In this document: positions 1 through 6,090 of the stretch, piece by piece
How the letters are laid out: each line of letters starts with the position of its first letter
Position numbering within the stretch: position 1 is the first letter of the stretch
Source of the DNA: Candidatus Staskawiczbacteria bacterium
Lineage (GTDB): Bacteria > Patescibacteriota > Minisyncoccia > Minisyncoccales > Staskawiczbacteraceae
Assembly (NCBI GenBank): GCA_943354455.1
Contig: CALRCB010000001.1
Span: 1 to 38,952 of the forward strand
Reading direction: 5' to 3'
Length of the DNA: 38,952 nt
Notes under the pieces: model-generated
Database searches by the model: none
What the model saw: the letters and a program-made list of their open reading frames with translations, nothing else
What the model was told of the DNA's origin: nothing
Position numbers and translations under genes: made by a program

Positions 1-156
1 TGCAGTGTGTGTTTGAATTATAAAAAAAATTATATTTGCCATTTATTGAAAGCGGGGGAGATAACGGCACTCCGGCTTATTACCTTTCATAATCTGCATT
101 ATTTTAACAGTTACGTGGAAGAAATCCGGGGAAAGATAAAACGGGGAGAGATTTAG
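1..156 (+). CDS. tgt: tRNA-guanine transglycosylase, C-terminal fragment (5' end lies outside the window)
   Basis: Frame 1 reads CSVCLNYKKNYICHLLKAGEITALRLITFHNLHYFNSYVEEIRGKIKRGEI*. This matches the Tgt C-terminus: CxCxxC..H zinc site, LxTxHNLxFY, and IRxxIxxGxF. Stop is TAG at 154-156. Confidence 0.8.
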   Translation, partial: CSVCLNYKKNYICHLLKAGEITALRLITFHNLHYFNSYVEEIRGKIKRGEI

Positions 157-166
157 TATGTGTTTG

Positions 167-175
167 TGGTATAAT
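167..175 (+). promoter_or_regulatory. Extended -10 promoter candidate (TGgTATAAT) upstream of the SOD gene
   Basis: The sequence tggtataat lies about 30 nt upstream of the ATG at 204. The same TGnTAYAAT pattern recurs before other operons in this window. Confidence 0.4.
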
Positions 176-203
176 TAACTATAATAAATAAATTTAAAAT
201 TAT

Positions 204-812
204 ATGAAACACGAAGTTACAAAGTTGCCTTACGCATACAATGCACTTGAGCCGTATATTAGTAAAGAAATTATGATGTTGCACAATGATAAGCATCATG
301 TGGCTTATGTCAATAATTTAAATACGGCGCTTGAGCCTTATACTGATTTGGCTGAAAAATCTGCCGAAGAACTATTGATGAATTTAGATTCTGTGCCCGA
401 AGCAATTCGCACTGCCGTAAAAAACAATGCCGGGGGGCACGTAAACCACTCAATGTTTTGGGAAATTATGAAGCCAGCAGGTGGCGGAGAACCAAGTGGC
501 GTGTTGGCTGAAGAAATTGCCAAACACTTTGGCAGTTTTACTGATTTTCAAACTAAGTTTAATGAAGCCGGGGCCAAGCGGTTTGGGAGCGGATGGGTGT
601 GGTTGGTAAAAAATAAAGAAGGTGACTTGGAAATTATATCAACTGCAAATCAAGATAATCCCATGAGTGACGGATTAGCACCCATTATGGGAAATGATGT
701 TTGGGAGCACGCCTATTATTTGCAGTATAAAAATGTGAGGCCAGATTATTTAAAGGCTTGGTGGAATGTGGTCAATTGGCAAGAAGTTGAAAAAAGGTTT
801 ACAAATTCATAA
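204..812 (+). CDS. Fe/Mn superoxide dismutase
   Basis: [23 protein letters not shown] and [18 protein letters not shown] are canonical Fe/Mn-SOD motifs. Length is 202 aa. Confidence 0.95.
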   Translation: MKHEVTKLPYAYNALEPYISKEIMMLHNDKHHVAYVNNLNTALEPYTDLAEKSAEELLMNLDSVPEAIRTAVKNNAGGHVNHSMFWEIMKPAGGGEPSGVLAEEIAKHFGSFTDFQTKFNEAGAKRFGSGWVWLVKNKEGDLEIISTANQDNPMSDGLAPIMGNDVWEHAYYLQYKNVRPDYLKAWWNVVNWQEVEKRFTNS

Positions 813-823
813 ATTTAAATCAT

Positions 824-1486
824 ATGATTACATTAGAAGACGTTAAAAAAAATCCTCAAATATTAGAATATATTAATCAAACCGAAGAGGCGATGGAAGC
901 TTTGTCATATACTAATCATGGTTTGCGCCATTCTAATATCGTTTCAGATAGGGCCATGCAAATTGCCAAAAGCCTTGATTTTGAGCCACGGGAAGCGGAA
1001 TTAGCCGGCATTGCCGGTTTTTGCCACGATATGGGCAACTTTATGACCCGCACCTTTCATCATTTTTTTGGCGCTATGTTGTTTGGCCAGGTATTTACCA
1101 ATCAGTTTGACCCAAAAGAATTAGCGATGATTATGCAAGCCATTTCAAACCACGACAAAGAAGAAATGAATTTTACTCATAATATTTCTGCCATTTTGGT
1201 GTTGGCTGACAAATCTGACGTGGACAGGTCCCGGGTAACTTCACAAGATTTAAATCAGTTAAAAACAGATATTCACGACAGGGTAAATTATGCAACGACA
1301 GAAAGCAGTATAGAAATAGATGCGCCGGAAAAGCGGATTACGCTTACTTTGAAAATTGATACGAATTTTTGCCCCGTAATGGAATATTTTGAAATTTTTA
1401 CCGAAAGAATGGTGTTTTGCCGTAAAGCCGCCCAATTTTTGGGGTATGACTTTGGACTGGTGATAAATAAGTTTAAATTACTGTAA
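824..1486 (+). CDS. HD-domain metal-dependent phosphohydrolase
   Basis: GLRHSNIV ... GFCHDMGN gives the H..HD signature. Length is 220 aa. Confidence 0.7.
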   Translation: MITLEDVKKNPQILEYINQTEEAMEALSYTNHGLRHSNIVSDRAMQIAKSLDFEPREAELAGIAGFCHDMGNFMTRTFHHFFGAMLFGQVFTNQFDPKELAMIMQAISNHDKEEMNFTHNISAILVLADKSDVDRSRVTSQDLNQLKTDIHDRVNYATTESSIEIDAPEKRITLTLKIDTNFCPVMEYFEIFTERMVFCRKAAQFLGYDFGLVINKFKLL

Positions 1487-1944
1487 TGAAGCCTGAGTTT
1501 TATGTGGTGTGTGATAATGTTAGGAGTTTGGAAAATATCGGTTCAATTTTTAGGACGGCCGATGCCCTAGGGGTGACGAAAATATTTTTGTGCGGGATTA
1601 CCGGCACTCCACCTAACGATAAAATAACCAAAACCGCCTTGGGGGCGGAAAAAATTATTCCCTTTGAATATCATAAACAAACCTGGAGATTAATAGAAAA
1701 ATTAAAAAAAGATGGGATTAATATTGCGGCACTGGAGCAAGACAAAAAAAGTATTTTATATTCAAAGTTTAAGCCTAAGTTTCCGCTAGCCTTAATTATT
1801 GGACACGAAGTAAAGGGTATATCGAAAAAAAATTTAGAATTGGCCAATCATATTATTCATTTGCCAATGGTCGGCAAAAAAGAGTCGCTTAATGTATCAG
1901 TAGCATTTGGAGTTGCAGGTTATGAAATTATTAAAAGCCGTTAA
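1486..1944 (+). CDS. SpoU/TrmH-family RNA 2'-O-methyltransferase
   Basis: The three SpoU motifs are present: NIGSIFRTADALGV, LIIGHEVKGIS and ESLNVSVAFGVAGYEI. The start overlaps the previous stop (taATG). Confidence 0.85.
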   Translation: MKPEFYVVCDNVRSLENIGSIFRTADALGVTKIFLCGITGTPPNDKITKTALGAEKIIPFEYHKQTWRLIEKLKKDGINIAALEQDKKSILYSKFKPKFPLALIIGHEVKGISKKNLELANHIIHLPMVGKKESLNVSVAFGVAGYEIIKSR

Positions 1945-2338
1945 AAAATTTAGCAGATATTTTGCCATTTTCAGAAAGAAAAAGGTATTATTTATTACGA
2001 TTTTAGCAATCGTGGTGGTTTTTGGATTTTTTCTATATTATCGCTCCTATCTAAATCCTCCGATACCCGGCATAATTTTATTTGAGGGAGACGAATGTGC
2101 CCAGTGCGAAAGAGTGGAAACGTATATTAAAAATAATAAGGTGGAAGAAAAAGTTGTGTTTACTAGACTGGAAGTTTTTAATAACAATGCCAATATTAGT
2201 TTACTGGAAGATAAGGCGCAAAAATGCGGACTGGACTCTTCGCATATTGGAGTCCCATTTTTGTGGGACGGCGAGCATTGTATTATTGGATATATTGATG
2301 TGATTGAGTTTTTCAGGCAGAAAATATCAAAAAAGTAG
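1907..2338 (+). CDS. Membrane-anchored thioredoxin/glutaredoxin-like protein with CxxC (start may be the ATG at 1922)
   Basis: There is an N-terminal TM helix (ILAIVVVFGFFLYY) followed by ECAQCERVETYIKNN, a CxxC motif in a thioredoxin-fold context. Confidence 0.6.
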   Translation: MELQVMKLLKAVKKFSRYFAIFRKKKVLFITILAIVVVFGFFLYYRSYLNPPIPGIILFEGDECAQCERVETYIKNNKVEEKVVFTRLEVFNNNANISLLEDKAQKCGLDSSHIGVPFLWDGEHCIIGYIDVIEFFRQKISKK

Positions 2339-2462
2339 TTTAAAACTTGACACACAGGTTGACCTCAAAGCTATTATAAGCTAAAATAAGCTTGTAGATA
2401 ATAATTTAACAAGGTCGAGCACAATAACATTATTTATTAATCTTTTAAAAAAATAAAAAATT

Positions 2463-2720
2463 ATGCCAGAAAAAACAAATTCAGCTTTTATGAAACCAAT
2501 GAAACTTTCTGCTGATTTAGAAGCAGTAGTTGGTAGTGGTCCAATGCCAAGAAGCCAAGTGGTAAAAAAACTTTGGGAATACATCAAGAAAAATAATCTT
2601 CAAAATCCAGCAAACAAAAGAAATATTATCGCCGATGCAAATTTAAAACCGGTATTTGGAGGAAAGGGAGAAGTTACTATGTTTGAAATGACAAAATTGG
2701 TTTCAAAACACCTCTCTTAA
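2463..2720 (+). CDS. SWIB/MDM2-domain protein
   Basis: The 85-aa product contains PMPRSQVVKKLWEYIKKNNLQNPANKRNIIADANLKPVFG, which is typical of standalone bacterial SWIB domains. Confidence 0.8.
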   Translation: MPEKTNSAFMKPMKLSADLEAVVGSGPMPRSQVVKKLWEYIKKNNLQNPANKRNIIADANLKPVFGGKGEVTMFEMTKLVSKHLS

Positions 2721-2744
2721 TTAACATTTAATAATTACATTTTT

Positions 2745-2909
2745 ATGACAACAGCTTACTGTGTAAAATGCAAAGAAAAAAATGCAGAGATGCAGGATGC
2801 AAAAGAAGTCCCATTTAAAAGAAAAGGTGGAAAAGTGGGAAGAGCTATGACCGGCATTCATGCAAAGTGCGGAACTAAAATGTTTAGAATCTTAGGAGCC
2901 AATGCCTAA
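2745..2909 (+). CDS. Small zinc-ribbon protein (DUF5679-like), 54 aa, absent from the supplied ORF track
   Basis: My own translation is MTTAYCVKCKEKNAEMQDAKEVPFKRKGGKVGRAMTGIHAKCGTKMFRILGANA*. It has CxxC ... C, and I recall this pattern from small DUF5679 proteins common in CPR genomes. It overlaps the next start by 8 nt. Confidence 0.6.
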   Translation: MTTAYCVKCKEKNAEMQDAKEVPFKRKGGKVGRAMTGIHAKCGTKMFRILGANA

Positions 2910-3786
2910 ATTTTCATTTAAAACGCCACTGGGTGCACTATTGTGCCTGGTGGCTGTTTTATTTATTTTAAATATTTTTGCTTGGAAAGAAGTGTTTGCC
3001 ATTGTTGGTCCGAATTATTTGACCGTGAGTGTATTGGATGTTGGTCAAGGGGACTCTATTTTTATTCAAACCCCGGCCATGCGCACGGTGCTAATTGATG
3101 GTGGGCCTGATGCCCAGGTTATGACGCGTTTGCAAAAATTATTACCCTTTTGGGAAAATCATTTGGATGTAGTGGTATTAACCCACCCCGATGCGGATCA
3201 CTTAAATGGCTTGCTATATGTGTTGCAAAAATATAAGGTTGACTATATTGTTTGGACAGGAGTTGTGCGCAATGGAGCTCAATATGAAAAGTGGATAGAA
3301 CTAGTGTCCAAAGCCAAAGAGAATGGGACTAAAATTGTTATCGTAAAATTGGGCGACCAAATAAAAAATGGTAATGTCTTGATGAATATAGTAAATCCAT
3401 TTGAAGATGTATCTGGTCAATATTTAAAAACCACCACCAATGAAACAGGAATTATTATGGAGGTGTCATATAAAGAGAATTATTTTTTACTAACCGCTGA
3501 TGTGGGGTTTAAAACCGAACAAATGTTATTGAAAAATAAGGTTGATATAAATTCAGATGTATTAAAGGTTGGTCATCATGGGTCAAAGTATTCAACCGGT
3601 GAAGAATTTTTGCGGGCGGTAAACCCTAAAATTGCCGTAATTTCTGTGGGTGGTAAGAATACTTATGGTCATCCAACGGCGGAAGTTTTGCAAAAATTGG
3701 AAAAATTTGGTATAAAAACATTCAGAACCGATCAAGATGGTACTGTTCAAATGCTATCTGACGGCAATAATATTCAAGTTAAATAA
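2902..3786 (+). CDS. ComEC/Rec2-related metallo-beta-lactamase domain protein (standalone MBL domain with an N-terminal TM helix)
   Basis: VLDVGQGDSIFIQTP, HPDADHLNGL and KVGHHGSKYS are present, with an N-terminal hydrophobic helix. Confidence 0.8.
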   Translation: MPKFSFKTPLGALLCLVAVLFILNIFAWKEVFAIVGPNYLTVSVLDVGQGDSIFIQTPAMRTVLIDGGPDAQVMTRLQKLLPFWENHLDVVVLTHPDADHLNGLLYVLQKYKVDYIVWTGVVRNGAQYEKWIELVSKAKENGTKIVIVKLGDQIKNGNVLMNIVNPFEDVSGQYLKTTTNETGIIMEVSYKENYFLLTADVGFKTEQMLLKNKVDINSDVLKVGHHGSKYSTGEEFLRAVNPKIAVISVGGKNTYGHPTAEVLQKLEKFGIKTFRTDQDGTVQMLSDGNNIQVK

Positions 3787-3798
3787 AAATAAATTTTC

Positions 3799-4305
3799 AT
3801 GTCAGAAAAATTACAAAGAACATTGGTGTTATTAAAACCTGATGCATTACATCGGGGTATTGTTGGTGATATTTTGCATCGGTTTGAAAGAGTTGGGGCT
3901 AAAATGGTTGGTTTAAAAATGTTGGTTTCTGATAAGGACGCGGCATCAAGACACTATACCGAAGATTTGGCCAAAAGAAGGGGAGAGAAAGTAAGAAACA
4001 TGATGATAGAGATGATAACTTCAGGCCCAATTATTGCCATTGTGTTTGAAGGAATTGAAATTGTGGAAACGGTTAGAAAATTGGTCGGGTCAACCGAGCC
4101 AAAGTCCAGCGCACCAGGAACCATTAGGGGAGATTTTAGTCATGTTTCTTTTGAATACGCTGATGCCAAGCAAATTCCGGTGATGAATTTAATTCACGCC
4201 TCCAGCTCGCCCGAAGAAGCCGAGGTAGAAATAGGCGTTTGGTTTAAGCCAGAAGAGACAGTAGTTCATATCCCAAGTTATACCAAATATACGCTTTCAG
4301 AATAA
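3799..4305 (+). CDS. ndk: Nucleoside diphosphate kinase
   Basis: TLVLLKPDALHRGIVGDIL, TIRGDF and NLIHASSS (active-site His region) are present. Confidence 0.9.
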   Translation: MSEKLQRTLVLLKPDALHRGIVGDILHRFERVGAKMVGLKMLVSDKDAASRHYTEDLAKRRGEKVRNMMIEMITSGPIIAIVFEGIEIVETVRKLVGSTEPKSSAPGTIRGDFSHVSFEYADAKQIPVMNLIHASSSPEEAEVEIGVWFKPEETVVHIPSYTKYTLSE

Positions 4306-4318
4306 TGGGGTATTTTAG

Positions 4319-4350
4319 AGCAAAAACAGGCCAATTGGCCTGTTTTTGCT
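4319..4350 (+). terminator. Perfect 14-bp hairpin after ndk (probable terminator); marks the left edge of the GC-rich island
   Basis: The arms agcaaaaacaggcc and ggcctgtttttgct flank the loop aatt. The T-run lies inside the 3' arm. Confidence 0.6.
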
Positions 4351-4399
4351 TGGCCAGACGCGAGCAAGGCCGGCTTTGCAGGATTGCCCGTCTCGGCTA

Positions 4400-4428
4400 T
4401 TGACAAACGTTGTTACTGGGTGTATAAT
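4400..4428 (+). promoter_or_regulatory. Consensus sigma70-type promoter for the DGR target gene
   Basis: TTGACA (4400-4405), a 17-nt spacer and TATAAT (4423-4428) lie about 60 nt upstream of the target ORF. Confidence 0.6.
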
Positions 4429-4487
4429 GAAGTCATAGGGTAAATAGCTTATTTTAAGCCTATTCCCTTGTACTTTTCAATGAAAGG

Positions 4488-5174
4488 ATGATGACGATGT
4501 CCAAGACATTGATCACATCTCGCGACCCCAAAGGCCTACAAATTGCTACCCTTTTTGATGCTGCGCTCAACAAAGCGCCGCTCGATTCCGAGCGCGCCCA
4601 GCGCCTCATTGAGAGAGGAGGTGAATTCCAGGATGGTATTCTGGAGCTCGTGGCAAAACTGTCGGCCCCCGAACCAATCGCCAAGTGGACCGAAAAAGAC
4701 GGCGTCATTAAGCTGACCGTCACGTCCGATGGCAAGACCGGCCAAGAGTGGATTTCCCACTTTGAGGCCAATGGAGTCCGGCTTTCAAAATGGGCTAAGG
4801 GTGTTCTCCTGTCGCCGGACTTCAAGCCGACCAACGGTGTGACCACAAAAATCGAAGTCTTGAAGGGTTCGCTCTTTACTGACAACGATCGGATCACATC
4901 GAAGATTCGCGTCGAGGCCGATAAGCGGAAGTTTTCTAAGCCCAATGCGGAAGTCGCTTGTCTCATCCGTGACATGTTCACAGATGCAGAAATGGAAGCG
5001 ATGGGTCTTTATTGGATTGTGGTGTTCCACGAACCCATTAAGGATTCCGTTGGCGTTCCTGGCCTTCTGAGCGCGTATCGCAGTGACGATGGTCGATGGC
5101 TCGACACCGACTATGGCAAGCCTGACTACTACTGGAGTCAGGACAGCGGTTTCGCTTTCGCGTCTGGCAAGTAG
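4488..5174 (+). CDS. DGR variable (target) protein with a C-terminal VR, probably a C-type-lectin-like fold (start more likely the ATG at 4497)
   Basis: The last 42 codons are the variable repeat. The C-terminus reads LLSAYRSDDGRWLDTDYGKPDYYWSQDSGFAFASGK. AGGA at 4485-4488 is spaced best for the ATG at 4497. GC content is much higher than in neighbouring genes. Confidence 0.85.
   Translation: MMTMSKTLITSRDPKGLQIATLFDAALNKAPLDSERAQRLIERGGEFQDGILELVAKLSAPEPIAKWTEKDGVIKLTVTSDGKTGQEWISHFEANGVRLSKWAKGVLLSPDFKPTNGVTTKIEVLKGSLFTDNDRITSKIRVEADKRKFSKPNAEVACLIRDMFTDAEMEAMGLYWIVVFHEPIKDSVGVPGLLSAYRSDDGRWLDTDYGKPDYYWSQDSGFAFASGK
5043..5170 (+). repeat. DGR variable repeat (VR)
   Basis: It aligns base-for-base with 5513-5640 (offset 470). 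There are 16 mismatches, each opposite an A in the other copy. Confidence 0.93.
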
Positions 5175-5235
5175 GTTCTTGATGCTTATTTCCCTTTGCC
5201 CCTTTGGGCACTTGGAACATTTGCACTTTGAACGT

Positions 5236-5283
5236 GCGCTTTATGAAAAAATCACAAAGATTTTTTCATAAAGCGCTTTTTTT
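5236..5283 (+). terminator. Rho-independent terminator of the DGR target gene
   Basis: A perfect 18-bp stem (gcgctttatgaaaaaatc / gattttttcataaagcgc) with loop acaaa is followed by T7. Confidence 0.85.
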
Positions 5284-5284
5284 A

Positions 5285-5293
5285 TGCTACAAT
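5285..5293 (+). promoter_or_regulatory. Extended -10 promoter candidate (TGcTACAAT) that could drive the TR RNA
   Basis: The sequence tgctacaat sits immediately after the terminator. It matches the TGnTAYAAT pattern seen at 167, 8161 and 26361. Confidence 0.35.
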
Positions 5294-5512
5294 ATTTGCG
5301 GTAGTAGGCGATTATGTAAAAGACTAAGGTTTTTTGCTGCCAAATCCAGTATCCATATATTGAGAATATCTTAGGCCACGGCTTTAGGTAGAGTAGTATA
5401 TGAAATTAAAAAAAAGAAGATACTTGGTGCGAGATATTAAGGCATTAAGATGCCAAATAAAATACAGTCCCAAGAATATTCAAGGGACAGTGGCACAGAT
5501 GATGTCTCGTAC

Positions 5513-5640
5513 AATTCCGATGGCGATCCTAACCTTCTGAACGCGAATCGCAATGACGATGGTCAATGGCTCAACACCAACTATGACAAGCCTGACAACA
5601 ACTGGAATCAGAACAGCGGTTTCGCTTTCGCGTCTGGCAA
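5513..5640 (+). repeat. DGR template repeat (TR), a non-coding RNA template
   Basis: This is the adenine-bearing copy of the repeat. In the VR frame it contains 11 AAY (Asn) codons, all 11 of which are altered in VR. Confidence 0.93.
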
Positions 5641-5646
5641 CTCTCT

Positions 5647-6090
5647 TTATTTCTCCTCCTTTTGTATATTGGAGGAGTTTTCTTTTGCAAGCTGTTTTAC
5701 TAATTGCCCGTTCCAACCGCCCAACATTTTACCGACTTCATCTATTTTTAATGACAGTGCAATATATTTTTTATTGTCTAAGGATTTTGTTTCCCAGAGA
5801 ATCATTAGGAGTATTTTTAATAAATCATTTTTCTTAATTGCAAAAACTACGTAGGGTAGTTTTTTGGTGCGGTCAAGAAAACTAGCAGTGGAAACTGCTT
5901 CTATTATTTCGACAAATAAATTATCAATACGTTGTCCTAGCGAGTGCCTGTGGACTTTTGGTAGTAATGGGTAATAATCAAACCAAGCTAAATAAGCACT
6001 TTTGGTTTTTTCTAAAATAGGCAAAAGTCGCAAGGTCTGGGGGGGGGGATTAGAAGCCCCGTTATTATTATGAAAATTATTTGCAACCAT
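5647..6090 (-). CDS. avd: Avd-like DGR accessory protein (four-helix-bundle family); true start uncertain (ATG 6090, or TTG at 6033 or 6024)
   Basis: PLLPKVHRHSLGQRIDNLFVEIIEAV and KIDEVGKMLGGWNG resemble Bordetella phage Avd (PIAQSIPRKHG..., AEVGRILGSWI). The size and the position next to TR and RT fit. Confidence 0.8.
   Translation of the reverse strand: MVANNFHNNNGASNPPPQTLRLLPILEKTKSAYLAWFDYYPLLPKVHRHSLGQRIDNLFVEIIEAVSTASFLDRTKKLPYVVFAIKKNDLLKILLMILWETKSLDNKKYIALSLKIDEVGKMLGGWNGQLVKQLAKENSSNIQKEEK
5653..5686 (+). terminator. Terminator-like hairpin plus T-run immediately 3' of TR (inside the 3' end of the antisense avd gene)
   Basis: A ctcctcc / ggaggag stem of 7 bp with an 11-nt loop is followed by ttttctttt on the + strand only. 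Confidence 0.45.
6039..6048. repeat. G10 (C10 on the minus strand) homopolymer tract
   Basis: I counted ten consecutive G. The tract lies in codons 15-18 of the avd ORF if the ATG at 6090 is used, and 21 nt upstream of the RT ATG. Confidence 0.9.

Noticed and set aside
4460-4981. A 173-aa minus-strand ORF inside the DGR target gene
   Set aside because: It is a shadow ORF, typical of a GC-rich coding region. It has no start context, and the + strand ORF carries the VR in frame.
5083-5837. Two alternative-frame ORFs (5083-5271 and 5553-5837) with similar N-termini (MTMV(D/N)GSTPTM..)
   Set aside because: They are artefacts of reading the VR and TR repeat in a second frame. They have no independent support.
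5450-5854. A 134-aa + strand ORF whose middle resembles the C-terminus of the 4488-5174 protein; it could be read as a paralogous gene
   Set aside because: The similarity is confined to the 128-nt TR, which is open only because it mirrors the VR frame. Downstream, the ORF runs antisense through the avd gene and is low-complexity. It is best explained as the non-coding template repeat, not a CDS.
6039-6048. The G10 tract considered as the Shine-Dalgarno sequence of the RT gene
   Set aside because: It ends 21 nt before the ATG at 6070, which is too far for an SD.
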